Under the pieces are notes generated by a model that ran no database searches, had not been told where the DNA came from, and was given only the letters and a program-made list of their open reading frames with translations. A program made the position numbers and the translations under genes. From the human T2T-CHM13v2.0 reference genome, Homo sapiens: a stretch of DNA of 64,000 nucleotides. Position 1 is the stretch's first letter. Each line of letters begins with the position of its first letter. Shown piece after piece: positions 40,575 to 57,987 of the stretch. The DNA lies in assembly GCF_009914755.1 (NCBI RefSeq), contig NC_060928.1, one strand, 5' to 3'.

Positions 40575-41632
40575 ATACTGTTTTTCTGCCAACGATCCCC
40601 ATATTTGTGTCTCTGGCTCAGACTCTCTTCTGGGCTTCCAACTGCATTCTCAGTGTCTCATAGCCATCTCAAACTCCACACAGCCAAAGCCAACTCATCA
40701 TCTTCTCTTCCTGCCTCGCCTCATGTTTCCCCATCTCATCCATCTAAATGTTGCAGCCTGGGAGTTACCTCTACAGGGCCCATCCCTCAAGTCCCACATC
40801 CAATCCACGAAGTACGTTCCATCAGTTTCACCTTCAAAATTTATATCCATTTCAATCATTGCCCTCTGTTTCCACTCCCACAATGGTCTGAGCCTCTGTC
40901 GCTCTTACCTGAATTTCTGCAGTAGTCTCTTCATGAATCTTCTTGCTTCCCTTCTTGCCCCTTGTCCCTCTATCAAATCTGCACTCCACATTCCAGCTGA
41001 ATTAGACTTTTAAAAAAGTAGGTCAGCTCATGCCATTAGACTATCTAGAGGCGTCAAGGTTCTCCACTGCACTCAGGAGGAAACACAAAACCCCTGGTGT
41101 GGCCACTAGGTTTGGCTTAACGTGCTCCCTGCTCACTTCTCCAGCATTATCTCAGCACGCTCCCTTCTCAGTGTACTTGGACCACAGAATGCACCACTAA
41201 TGGCAGTGTCTTGAACACACCCAGCTTTTCTCCATCTCACAGGCTTTCTTGTTCCTGGACTGGTCTTTACCCTTCCTCTCTCACACACAGACTCTCTGTC
41301 TCTTTCTGCCTAACTCACTCTTTCTCATCTTTCAGGTCACAGCTCAAAAGTCATTTCCTAGGGACACCCCACGACCTCGCCCCTTGTCCTCATTTCCTTT
41401 GAGCACTTGATACTACATGTAAGTCTATTATTTATTTGCCTATTTTGCCTAATATTTATGTAACTTATAATTTACCCACTTACAGAGACCCCTCCCTCCA
41501 AAACAAGGTTTCCTTCCATGAAGTCAGGAGCTAGGTCTATTTTGTCCCCAACTATATGTCCAAGACCTGCCTGCTACACAATACATTCTAAATAAAACAA
41601 AATGCTGAACGAAGACATGAATAATTGAATGA
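40575..41632 (+). mobile_element. Long L2 3' fragment (~1 kb)
   Basis: 'catctcaaactccaca...cacatccaatcc...tcatctttcaggtcacagctcaaaagtcatttcc...catgaagtcagg...gaataattgaatga'. Confidence 0.75.
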
Positions 41633-42402
41633 GATCATCTTTTTTCTCTCAATTCAGGTTAGTTAAGGAACCTGAGTTTCTTAAATAGTTGTTGAGAGGT
41701 ACTCACATGTTTTTATTCACATACAGATCTAGTTTTCCCTGTGCAGATGTAGAGAATTAGCAAATAATTGTGGCCTAGAGAATCTACCAGAGTCCTCCTT
41801 TCAGAGGAACCACTTTCTGTTGCCTCTGGGAGTGCTGTTCCACAGCGCAGGGAAGAGATGGGGAAGAACCAGAAAATAAAGGCTTCTGGCTTTCCACTTT
41901 AGATTTCGTAATTCATTTTCCGTGAAAACGATAGGGCCAAGTGGAAATTGTACTGTTTTAAAAGTTTCTGGGGGCCAGCTCTGGGAAACCAAACATCATT
42001 TAGATTTAGAACATCAGTTTATGGGAAGAAATGTGTTCCAAATTCTAACAACCAACATATCCTCCAAAAATGACTCGGAACAAAAACTCTAAGTGGGGAG
42101 TTTGCCTGTTTTGTGTTTTAGATGAATTTGTAAAAATACTGTGACTCATCACCAGCCACACCCTCCCCGGCTCTCATCTTAATTTGGGTTCTGGTTAGCA
42201 TGCATTGGACAACATTGGGAATGCCTCGGAGATAATTTATTCACACTGGAATTTTTTTATTTGCATTGAGGCAGAGCCAGGAAACACTTATTTTCTTGTC
42301 CATATTAGGAAGTAGCTTCCGATGCACCAAGAAAGTGCAATATTGAACCATTCTCCTGGCCTCCCTCAAGCTCCAGAGTTAATCCTCCTATTAGGAGTAA
42401 AA

Positions 42403-42490
42403 ACCAATCCCATTGGTGAGATTGGGAGCTCCTGACTAATCTGATTGCTGAGATCAGGAGTCCCTGACCAATCAGATTGGTGAGACAGGA
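42403..42490. repeat. 32 bp-period tandem repeat (~2.7 units) with CCAAT/ATTGG palindromes
   Basis: Units accaatcccattggtgagattgggagctcctg / actaatctgattgctgagatcaggagtccctg / accaatcagattggtgagacagga. Confidence 0.85.
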
Positions 42491-42530
42491 TGGAGGACAT
42501 CCTTTCCCAGGCCTCTCGCCTGAGCACTAG

Positions 42531-42995
<465 letters not shown>

Positions 42996-45148
42996 TGAGA
43001 CAGGTCTCTGCTCTCTTGCTTACGTCTTCTTCCCCGTCACTCTTTTGATTGGTGTAGTCGGACTCTTGCATACCATAGTTCAGAGAGGACGGGATACACC
43101 TTTGAGTCATTTTTAATCCAGCTCCTCAGAAAGCTGATACAATCTTTAATATCCCCTATTGGCTCTTTATTTCTGTCCTCAGCCAGAATGGAACTCTCCA
43201 TCCTCAACCTCCAATTTTCAATCATTTGAATTGTATTTTAAATTGTTTTTTCCATAAACAACTTTGCTATACCTATGTATAAAATGCTTGTGAAAATAAA
43301 TCTAGTGCTCGTGTTAGAAAGTGTATAGATCAAGTGTTTGCCTAGTTTGCAAAACCAGTGTTAAAACAAAATCTTCCTGCATTCTAGATTTTTCAAGGAA
43401 ACAGGCAAACTCCCTGAGGAATTTTATATTAAGGGGCTTTGCCATGAAGTCAATCCAGTCAAATGCACGCCCATGTATCTTATCTCTGTAGCTAGCATTT
43501 CTGCTCTATACTTTTGTCATCATTTAAATAGTTTTGCAGTGCTTTGCTGACATAGAATTATTCCATCATGTCATTGAAGAGAACCAGGCCTAGAAAGATG
43601 TGGTGGCTTGCCCAAAATCACAGTGAGTCTTGGAGCTGGGCACACAAATCCAACATCCAGCTCTCAAATCTGCCCTCTACAAATTCCAAATTGCTTGCAG
43701 AGGCTGCAGTTTCCTTCTAAAAACAGTTCTCAGGAAAATTCAGCTTGCTGTTTTGGAGGAAGTGCCATCTTTTTCCTATCTTTATGCCTAAGGTATCTCA
43801 CTTGATCTTGTCTTGAAGGGGATTTTTGGGCAGAGATGGGGCTAAAAGCCATGAGGATAAATGAAATGAGTTGTTGCATGGAGAAAATCAGATTTTCTTT
43901 GCAATGCCTCTAAGTTTTTCATCAGGGTAGGAAGAACATACAGATTTGAACTCTTCACTGTTACAAATTTTAGCCATTTTGAGCAATCTGGTTCATAGGG
44001 GTCAGGAAGATGTCACCTTTATGACACATTCCTTTATTTCATGCCTTTTTAAAAGAATTAAGGACATTTCTCTTTGAAGTAAAACTACCTCCTCCAAGGC
44101 TCTGTGCAATGCTGAGTATTGTACATTCTGGGACAGTCATGGCAAAGAGAACCAAGCTGTCATTTATTAGGCAAAGGCTGTGTAGCCTCCTCTAGGATTT
44201 TGTTTCCAGCCCTGAGGACACTGTCAACACTTAATAAATGAAGAAAAACAGCAATAATAAATATCATGAATGGAAAGAACAATGTGAAAGGCACTCCAGA
44301 CTTCTTTTCTCCAGGAAGAAATTTCTGAAGTTGTCTTAGACTTTGGAAAAAATCCCAAGATACTATTAATATAATGGCACTTACCTCTATTTTCAGGGGA
44401 CAAAATCCTTTAGACTTCCTATTTTGAGAAGGCCTGGTTGATTGCACTGATTAATTAATTGGGTTGGCTGATTTTGCAAACCTCATCGCCATGAAAAAGC
44501 AACTGGAAAACATATTCTTTTTACATGTGGAGTTCTCTAAACTGGTTCAGACAGCTGGACCCCATTTTGTGTTTGTTTTTTCAAACAGATTCTTCGTGCT
44601 CTAAACCAAATCCAGCTGTATGTACTAATTGCATTTCAGTGACCAGGTTGGATGTTGTCTTTTTGAGAAAATTTCATTTAAAAGGAAAACAGATGCTTCC
44701 GCCTCACTGTGGTGCATTATTGCTTTTGTCCCAATGTTATACTTTGTCTGAGAGCATTCATCTGGTAAACCGAGGCTGTGCTGGTGTTCTGTGCATGTCG
44801 TACTGTTATAGGCAGACAATTATGCCAGATGGCCTCTAAAGGCTCTCAAATGTGTTTGCACCTCTTTCCTCACACTACTTCCTCATATACATGTGTACAC
44901 ACACGTTTGAAATATCAAGAGAAATTATTTTTTAATTTAAAAAATTATAGAAGTCAAACACTCTCAGTGAAAAAGCTAAAAGTAAGAAGAAAAAAATACT
45001 TCAAGTGAATAGTGTAAATTTACCTGCTCCTTTAGTACCCAATAACAATAACACACACATATACGCTCAAATGTGCCCACATACATAACCTTATCCCCAG
45101 TCTCTAGGGCTAATCTTTATCTGTCTATGCCACAGATTATTTGCAGCT

Positions 45149-45688
45149 TGTATTTATTATCTAAGGTTGCATAACAAATCACTCTAAAACTCAGTGGCTT
45201 AAAATAACACTAATCGTTTACTATCTCTCACAGTGTTCTGTGGATCAGGAGTTAGGGAGTGGCTTTACTAAGTGGTTCTGGCTTGGGGACTCTCATGAGG
45301 TTGTAGCCAGATGCTGGCTGAGGATGCAGTCATTTGAAGACATGACTGGGGCTGGAGGACCCTCTTGCAAGATGGCTCACTCCTATGGCTGGCATGTTGG
45401 TGCTGGCTTCTAGTAGAAGCTTCAGTTTATCTTCATGTGGGTTTACATAGCCTGCTTGAATGTCCTCATGGAATGGTGCCTGACTCCCCATAAAGAGTGA
45501 TCCAAGAGAACAAGGTGGAAGGTGCAATGCCTGTTACATTCTACCCTTGGAAGTCACACATCATCACGTCTACTATATTCTTTGGTCAGTCAGGCTAGCC
45601 CTGGTTCAGTGTGGGAGGTGACTGCAGAGAAGTACACATTCCAGAAAATAAACATAATTTGGGTCCATTTTAGATGACAGCTACCACA
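45149..45688 (-). mobile_element. MLT1F/G-like solo LTR
   Basis: 'tgtatttattatctaaggttgcataacaaatcactctaaaactcagtggcttaaaataac...gctaccaca'. Flanks cagct and gagct resemble a 5 bp TSD. Confidence 0.85.
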
Positions 45689-45779
45689 GAGCTCCCATTA
45701 AGTGGTGGGGTCTACTTCTCCACTCCTTGAATCTAGGCAAGCCTGACAATGTGCTTTGTTCATAGAAGTTGGTAGAAAT

Positions 45780-46219
45780 GATATGGAATACTATGTCGTC
45801 ATAAAAAGGAATGAAATTATGTCCTTTGCAGCAACATAGATGCAGCTGGAGGCCATTATCCTAAGGGAATTAACGCAGGAACAGAAAACCAAATACTGCA
45901 TGTTTTCACTTCTAAGTGGGAGTTAAACTTTGGGTACCTGCGGGCATAAAGATGGGAACAATAGACAATTGGGAATATTAGAGGGGTACTAGAAGGGACA
46001 GAGGGGCAAGAGCTGAAAAGCTACTGGGTACTATGCTCACTACACGGGTGATAGGATTATTTGTACCCCAAACCTCAGCCTCATGTAATATACCCATGTA
46101 ACAAACTTGTTCATGTACCACCTGAATCTAAAATAAATCTAAAGTAAAATAAAATAAAATAAAATAAAAGTTGTTTTTTTAAAAAAGAATGGAAAGGTAC
46201 CAGAACAAATACATAAAAA
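45780..46219 (+). mobile_element. 5'-truncated older L1PA 3' end with TSD
   Basis: L1 3' UTR to 'gtaccacctgaatctaaaataaa'. 16 bp TSD agaagttggtagaaat (45764-45779) and agaaattggtagaaat (46220-46235). Confidence 0.92.
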
Positions 46220-46559
46220 AGAAATTGGTAGAAATAAAATTGTGGCAATCCCAAGCCATGGCTCAAGATTTGCCTTTTCTGCTTTTCTCCTTGAGGATGA
46301 GAGAAAGGCCAGGTAGAAAGAGTTGTCCCAGCTGTCCCTGCTTTGGGGACATATATTAGTAAGCCTAGCCAACACCGTATCTAGCAGAGATGACTTGTCC
46401 TAGCTAAGCCCAACCCAAATTGCCAGCCCACAAAATCATAAACAAATAAGTGATTGTTGTTTTAAATCACTAAATTTTGGGGGATGGTTTGTTACACAGC
46501 AATAGAAAATTGATACAATACGATAAACAATGGTCTACATTTTGTTGATTTCATATCCA

Positions 46560-46870
46560 ACAATATACTGTGGGTATCCTTTCATGTTAGTATGTATAGC
46601 TGTCTGTCATATTTAAAAAATTCCAATATGAAAATTTTATAATATGGAAGTGTCCTAATTTTTAACATATTTGCCATTAGTGGGCATTCAGGTTGTCCAT
46701 AAAATTTTTGCTACTGCAAGGAATGCTTTAGGAACATTACCTGTTCTGTTACTTGTTGGTTACATTTGTAGAAGTGAAGTTGCTAGGGAAAAGGGATTAG
46801 AGATGTCATCAAATATTTGAAGTGTCAAAAATAGCTGTGCCAATTTCCATCACACTAACAATGTATCAAA
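46560..46870 (-). mobile_element. Very old L1ME-like fragment
   Basis: 'attagtgggcattcaggttgtcc...tagaagtgaagttgctagg...ccaatttccatcacactaacaatgtat'. Confidence 0.55.
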
Positions 46871-47639
46871 TTTTAAAGGAAAATCCTAAAAGCTCGTTGA
46901 TGCCCTCTTCCTGAAAATTCAAAGCCAGGCCTTTGTTCAAAGCCAGGAGGTGGTGAAACAGAGCTGGGAGCAGTATAGGACTGTGTGGGACCACTGATTC
47001 CTCTGAAGATGTAGTGAGAACAGACCAAGGAACTCAGGGTAGAAATACAAAAGGTAGGTACATGACAGAGGAGTAAATGGAAATGTGGAGGAGGTTGGCT
47101 TTTCTCATAGAATCCTGACACTTTTTCTATCTCCAAGAGCTTTTTCAGAAATAAATTTAATAGACAAGACTGCTAACTAAAAGCCTTTTTTAAAAAAGTA
47201 TTACAATAATCAGTAGTAAATCTGAAGTATTAAAGATAACAGTAGTGGTTAGAGTCTTATACAAATTCAACATTTAGGCCTTAAATCTAACTTGTCAGTC
47301 ACTTATTTTAGCCAGAGCATTTGCATGGACCCCAGGCCCCCTGGAGGCCCTGTGCGACTCTAGAGGTTCAAATAATGATGCCTAACACCATGTGGCAGAT
47401 ATGATCGAAACGAATCTACATATATTCCTACATGCATTTAATTCACACAGCAGATGAAGAAACTAAGGCATAGTGGAGTAGCTAGGTAATTTTCTGAAGT
47501 TTAGGGTGGTAATAAGTAGAGGAGCAGAATGTTAATCTCTTTGTTCCGAGAAGCTCTGATCGTATCAACTTCTGTGTGGTTGACCAGTTGGCTGCTTGCT
47601 TCCACCATTCTTCCTTTCTGGAAGAGGCTTGGGATGCAT

Positions 47640-48040
47640 TCACTTCCCAGCCTTGCTTGCAGCTAGAACATGCACACATGCAACCCAATATTGGCCAATG
47701 GGAACTTAGGGAAGTCAGCTGGGGGACTTCAGGGAAGACTTTTTTTCCTAATAGAAGAAGATGCCTGCAAAGAAACCTCTTTCTCTCTTCCAAATATTGT
47801 GGGAGTGTAAATGTGTCGCTTAGAATGTGGCAGCCCCTATGCTGCCAAGCTTGCAGATTGCAGAGTGGAGAGATGGGAAGAGGCTCTATTCTTCATGATG
47901 CTATTGATCTGCTAATCCAATCTCAGCCTTGCCTGCCTATCTCTCAACTTCTTCTATTGTAAGATTATTAAGTTTCGTTTTTGTTTAAAACCACTTTTAG
48001 TGGATCTGTTCTGTTACTTGTAGCTGAAAGCAACTGAAAC
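47640..48040 (+). mobile_element. Old MLT1 (K/L-like) LTR
   Basis: 'ttcccagccttgcttgcagctag...ggccaatggga...tgtttaaaaccact...tctgttacttgtagctgaaagc'. Confidence 0.65.
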
Positions 48041-49316
48041 ATTATTACTTTATGCCTCCAAGAATACTTAATTAATTGTAATCTCAGTATTTTGAAACTG
48101 TATTTTAAATGGAGCTGGGAAACCCTATAAGAATACAGAGCACACATTTCATATACAACAATCAGACTCCTGCTTCATTCTGTTCTTTGAGCTACAAACA
48201 CATAAAACATTATTAATGACAAATTGAGTCATTTTTAAATGAATCTTACTAAAAGTACAAATGAAAAAAAAACTAATTCACTTTTTTTAAGCTGGAGGAA
48301 ACCTAGTTTTAAAAAGTGCTAATTTACTTTGCTGTGCAAAGGCCTAGTAGTAATTGTTGAAATAAGGAGAAATCAGAAATATGAATTGGAAGTACCCCCC
48401 TGCCATGGACCAGGATGTGTATACTTTGCTCTGTACTTTTACCATAAATAGTTTTCAAAATTTTATGTAACTATTCATCAAGAGATGGTCATTTATATTT
48501 TGGAAGTTTAAAAATTCAGAATGGTCCTCACTTCTGCATATTTCTATTGGAAAACAGGATCCATATTCTGTTTGGATAGAATATAATGAAAGGGAATAAA
48601 ATCTTGAAAGCAGTTTTGGTAGAAATCAAAATTTTTGCTTCAGATTACACTGCCCTAAATGGCAACCTGACTGAGAATAAATTAGTGTGAACTGATTCCA
48701 CACTGTCAGGCAAGCTGTCCGCACCTGCTGAGGTGATAGTTGAGGGTGGGGGAGTTCTGTATATATTTAGACAAAGAGAGAGAGATGGATTTGAAGGAAT
48801 TGGCTCATGCAATTATGGAGGCTGGTAGGCTGGAGACCCAGGGAAGAGCTGATGTTGGAGTTCAAGTACAAAGGCCATCTGCTGGCAGAATTCCCTATTC
48901 TTCTGTGGAAGTCAGTCTTTGTCTATTAATGCCTTCACCAGATTGGATGAAGCCCATCCACATTACAGAAGAGTAATCTGCTTTACTCAAAGTCTACTGA
49001 TTAAATGTTAATCTCATTTAAAAATACCTTCAGAGAAAGATCTATTTGGTAAAACATTATTCTATTAGGTTGGTGCAAAATAATTGTGGTTTTTGCCATT
49101 ATGTTTTTATTATCATACTTTAAGTTCTGGGATACATGTGAAGAATGTGCAGGTTTGTTACATAGGTATACACATGCCATAGTGGTTTGCTGTGCCCATC
49201 AACCCATCATCTACATTAGGTTATTTCTCCTTATGCTATCCCTCCCCTAGCTCCCCACCTCCTGACAGTCCCCAGTGTGTGATGTTCCCCTCCCTGTGTC
49301 TATGTGTTCTCATTGT

Positions 49317-53156
<3,840 letters not shown>

Positions 53157-53220
53157 TATGATGCTAGCTGGTTATTTTGCCCATTAGTTTGCTGCAGTTT
53201 CTTCATAGTGTCAATGGTCT

Positions 53221-54248
53221 TTATAATTTGGTATGTTTTTGCAGTGGCTGGTACCTGTTTTTCCTTTCCATATTTAGTGCTTCCTTCAGGAGCTCTCATA
53301 AGGCAGGCCTGGTAGTGACAAAATCTCTCAGCATTTGCTTGTCTGTAAAGGCTTTTATTTCTCCTTCACTTATGAAGCTTAGTTTGGCTGGATATGAAAT
53401 TCTGGGTTGAAAATTCTTTTCTTTAAGAATGTTGAATATTTGCCCTTACTCTCTTCTGGCTTGTAGAGTTTCTGCAGAGAGATCCACTGTTAGTGTCTGT
53501 TTGGCTTCCCTTTGTGGTTAACTCAAACTTTCTCTCTGGCTCCCCTTAACATTTTTTCCTTCATTTCAACCTTGGTGAATCTGACGATTTTATGTCTTGG
53601 GGTTGCTCTTCTCGTGGAGTATTTTTGTGGTGTTCTCTGTATTTCCTGAATTCGAATGTTGGCCTGTCTTGCTAGCTTGGGGAAGTTCTCTGGGATAATA
53701 TCCTGAATAGCATTTTCCAACTTATGGTTCCATTCTCCCCATCAATTTCAGTTACACCAATGAAACGTAGGTTTGGCCTTTTCACATAGTCCCATATTTC
53801 TTAGAGGCTTTCTTCATTCCTTTTCATTCTTTTTTCTCTAATCTTGTCTTCACTGTTTATTTCATTAAGTTCATCTTCAATCTCTGGTATCCTTTCTTCC
53901 ACTTGATCAATTTGACTATTGATACTTGTGTATGCTTCATGAAGTTCTTGTGCTATTTTTCAGCTCCATCAGGTTGTTTATATTCTTCTCTAAACTGGTT
54001 ATTCTAGTTAGCAATTCATCTAACCTTTTTTCAAGGTTCTTAGCTTCCTTGCATTGGGTTAGAACTTGCTCCTTTAGCTCAGAGGAGTTTCTTATTACCC
54101 ACCTTCTGAAGCCTACTTCTGTCAATTCTTCAAACTCATTCTCTCTCCAATTTTGTTCCCTTGGTGGCAATGAGTTGTGATCCTTTGGAGGAGAAGAGGC
54201 ATCCTGGTTTTTGGAATTTTCAGCCTTTTTGTGCTGTTTTTTTCTCAT
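53221..54248 (-). pseudogene. Disrupted L1 ORF1
   Basis: Fragments MRKKQHKKAENSKNQDASSPPKDHNS and QDIIPENFPKLARQANIRIQEIQRTP; ends YQPLQKHTKL*. Split across frames. Confidence 0.93.
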
Positions 54249-55676
54249 CTTCATTGATTTATCTATCTTTGGTCTTTGATGTTGGTGACCTTAGGTTGGG
54301 GTTTCTGTGTGGACATCCTTTTTGTTGATGTTGATGTTATTCCTTTCCGTTTGTTAGTTTTCCTTCTAACAGCCAGGCCCCTCTGCTGCAGGTCTGCTGG
54401 AGTTTGCTGGAGGTCTACTGCAGACCCTGTTTGCCTGGGTATCATCAGTGGAAGCTGCAGAACAGCAAAGATTGCTGCCTCTTCCTTCCTCTGGAAGCTT
54501 TATCCCAGAGGGGCACCCGCCAAATACCAGCTGGAGCTCTCCTTTATGAGGTGTCTGTTGACCCCTGCTGGGAGGTGTCTCCCAGTCAGGAGGCACGGGG
54601 GTCAGGAACCCACTTGAGGAGGTAGTCTGCCCCTTAGCAGAGCTCAAGCACTGTGCTGGGAGATCCGCTGCTCTCTTCAGTGCTGGCAGGCAGGAACGTT
54701 TAAGTCTGTTGAAGCTGCACCCACAGCCATCCCTTCTCCCAGGTGCTCTGTCCCAGGGAGATAGGAGTTTGATCCATAAGCTTCTGACTGGGGCTGCTGT
54801 CTTTCTTTCAGAGACATCCTTCCTAGAGAGGAGGAATCTAGAGAGGCAGTCTAGCTACAGTGGCTTTGCAGAGCTGTGGTGGGCTCTGCCCAGTTCAAAC
54901 TTCCTGGTGGCTTTGTTTACACTTTGAGGGGAAAACCACCTACTCAAGTCTCAGTAATTGTGGACGCCCCTCCCCCACCAAGCTCGAGCATCCCAGGTCG
55001 ACATCAGACTGCTGTGCTGGCAGTCAGACTTTCAAGCCAGTGGATCTTATCTTGCTGGGCTCCATGGGGGTGGGATCCCCTGAGCTAGACTACTTGGTTC
55101 CCTGGCTTCAGTCCTCTTTCCAGGGGAGTGAATGGTTCTGTCTTGCTGGCTTTCCAGGTGCCACTGGGGTATGAAAAAACTGCAGCTAGCTCAGTGTCTG
55201 CTCAATTTTGTGCTCAGTTTTGTGCTTGAAACCCAGGGCCCTGGTGGCGTAGGCACCAGAGGGAATCTCCTGGTCTGTGGGTTGTGAAGACCATGGGAAA
55301 AGCATAGTATCTGGGCCAGAGTGCACCGTCCCTCACAGCACAGTCCCTCACAGCTTCCCTTGGCTAGGGGAGGGGTTTACCCTACCCCTTGAACTTCCTG
55401 GATGAGTTGACACCCCACGCTGCTTCAGTTTGCCCTCCGTGGGCTGCACCCACTGTCTAATTAGTCCCAGTGAGATGATCTGGGTACCTCAGTTGGAAAT
55501 GCATAAATCACCCACCTTCTGAGTTGATCTCACTGGGAGTTGCAGACTGGAACTGTTCTTTTTCAGCCATCTTGCCAGCCACTGGCTTTTGCCATTATTT
55601 TTATTGGCAAAAGCCACAATTGCTTTTTCACCAACCTAATAGAATAATGTTTTACCAAATATCGGGGTATCATGGG

Positions 55677-56299
55677 TGTGATGGTTAATTTCATGTATCA
55701 ACTTGACTAGGCTAAAGGATGCTTAGAGAGCTGGTAAAACATTACTTCTGGCTGTGTCTGAGAGGGTGTTCCTGGAAGAGATTAGCATTTGAATCTGTGG
55801 ACAGAGTAAGGAAGATCCACCTTCATCAGTGTGGGTAGACATTATCTGATCTATTAAGAACTGCAGTAGAACAAAAAGGTGGGAGAATGGCAAATTCTCT
55901 TTCTCTTCTTAAGGTGGGACATCCAACTTCTCCTGCCCCCAGACAATGAAGCTCCTGGTTTTTGGGCCTTTGGACCCTAGGACTTACTCCAGCAGGTCGT
56001 GCCCCCTCAGCCCTGCCACACTGGTGAGGGTAGATTTCCCCAATCCCTGTTCTCCAGCTTATAGATGGCATATTGTGAGAGTTCTAGGCCTGCATACCCA
56101 TGTGAGAGCCAATTCCTATAATATATCTTTTTTCCTTCCTTCCTCCCTTTCCCTTTTTTCCTTCCTTCCTTCCTTCCCTCCCTTTCATTTCTTTTTCTTT
56201 TTGTTCTTCTCTTTCTTTCTCTCTCTCTCTTTCTTCCTCTTCTTCTTTTTTCCTTTTTTTTCCCTTTTTCTGTTTCTCTGGAGAGCCTTGACTCGTCCA
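55677..56299 (+). mobile_element. Second MLT2 LTR inserted antisense into the first
   Basis: Starts 'tgtgatggttaatttcatgtatcaacttgactaggctaaaggatgc'; ends 'ttctgtttctctggagagccttgactcgtcca'. Confidence 0.88.
56127..56272. repeat. CT-rich polypyrimidine low-complexity tract
   Basis: 'tttccttccttcctccctttccc...' almost purely C/T. Confidence 0.92.
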
Positions 56300-56338
56300 G
56301 TTGCCTCACCAAGTTGACACACAAAATTAACCATCACA

Positions 56339-56682
56339 AGGGCACAGTTGACTGACAGTTTGCAGCTGCCCCACGTTCGGATCCACTGGAACATTCATAC
56401 CAGGGCCATGCTTCCTGGGGTCTGTTCCCTGCCAATGGCTAAGTGCAGGGCGAGTACTAGAGTCAAGCCATTCCTGCCCTACATGGGCTCCCCCAATAGA
56501 CAGCCTTTGCTCAGGATTCCCCATCAGCCTGGCAGAGACTCTCTAAGCTGGACTGCAGGTGGAAGCTCCTCTTATCTAGTTCTCCTTGTATCTTGCTCTT
56601 TTTTCACAAGTTTTACCCTTTAATTGAAATTGAAGTCTCCTTTCACCTTTTCCAGCTCCTTCCTCCTTTATCTTTCACAGGA
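56339..56682 (+). mobile_element. LTR33-like ERVL LTR (possible 5' piece at ~48670-48755)
   Basis: 'gacagtttgcagctgccccac...ccagggccatgcttcc...ccaatggctaagtgc...ccttcctcctttatctttcacagg'. Confidence 0.55.
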
Positions 56683-57851
56683 AATATATACGAATGTAGT
56701 TAGAGACACACATCCACCATCAAAAATTTTTAAAACTGGTGTATAGGTTTTCCAGCCAGTGTATACTAGGAATTGGCTCATACAATTATAGAACATTAAT
56801 AGTATATTAATAGTATGGAACATTATAATTCATCAAAAGACAAATGCAAATGAAAGTTGATGCATAGTTGAGAAAAAATATTTCAGAATATCATTTTCTG
56901 AGCTACACAATTCCATGGATTCCATTTAAATAAGAAAAAAATAGACGACGAAGGGAATGGTAAAATCTATTGGCTAAAACATTGCTAGAAGTTAGGGTTA
57001 AGTTCTTGTAGGCTGCAGAATGGACCAGCTAAACTTAGTCTAGAACATTTCAATTTCTACTTGACTATATTTATAAAGAGCAAACTCAGTATCTCAGTGA
57101 ATTTGACTCCTAAATAAGACCAAGAGTTAGTCCTTGAAAGCCACAAAAATTGCCAGGCCAAAGCAAATCTCTGCTCCTCTAGTGTTGAAGGTGAAAGAGG
57201 GAAAAGTTCCCAGCTAGCTGTGTGCTAATTTTAGAATTGCAAAGCCCAATACAAAAAGCCAACCGAAGTCATGCAAACACCGTGGGTAAACAATGCCATG
57301 CCAGCTGCTTGGGACAGACCAGACATATGGCAGGTGAAGGTAGACAAGATTTCCTCTGAAAGGTTCACTTATTATTCTTTATAATCTTACTTCTCAGTGG
57401 GAAAAAAAATGAGATTGGCCAGAATTTTGGAGTAGTATGTTTATCTGCTTGTTTATTTTTAAATATCTTTATATTTGTTTTCTCACATTAAAAAATGAAA
57501 GCATTCTCATCAAAGACAGAATTTCAGCAATCCTGAAGTGGATATTGGGAAAAGCAAATGTTTCCTAGCCCCTCCATCTCCCCTGCTTGTTCCCCTCCCT
57601 TCTGTGACTCTCCTGTCCCCCTCACAGAAGTAAGCACTGTTAGTAATTTTGTGTGTATCTAAACATTTTTCTATGCACACGAAAAGAGAATAGACTATTT
57701 TAAAAGAAAAATCTCTCACCATGTGTTTTCGAGGCAATCGATATTTTTTGTTACCACTCTCCAACATGGCTGAAAGATGCGATGAAGGAGGTGGTCTATG
57801 CTCATGACTCCCTGTTCGCGTTTCTGTTTCTCTAAAACTTCTGTACCTAAT

Positions 57852-57918
57852 TTTAATTAATTTAAATGTACATAACTACACGTGGCTAGTGGGTACTGTA
57901 TTGGACAGTGTAAGTCTA
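57852..57918. mobile_element. MER33/MER3-like terminal fragment
   Basis: 'ttaatttaaat...actacacgtggctagtgggtactgtattggacagtg', homologous to 4385-4425. Confidence 0.65.
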
Positions 57919-57987
57919 GGAAAAGTAATCTTTCTCCAGAGAAGACCCCATGGAAGGATTTGGAGGAGGAGAGCCACATCCCCATAC

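Larger units (their letters stand above)
45128..46517 (+). mobile_element. MLT1H-like LTR interrupted by an antisense MLT1 LTR and an L1
   Basis: 'cccattaagtggtggggtctacttctccactccttgaatctagg' and 3' end 'gttgttttaaatcactaaattttggggatggtttgttacacagcaatagaaaattgataca'. Confidence 0.7.

Noticed and set aside
40507-41013. 168 aa ORF
   Set aside because: Lies in a decayed pyrimidine-rich L2; no recognisable host protein features.
42403-42490. CRISPR-like repeat
   Set aside because: The units are contiguous with no unique spacers, and the context is eukaryotic.
55946-56394. F/S-rich and K/R/E-rich ORFs
   Set aside because: Translations of the CT-rich low-complexity tract.
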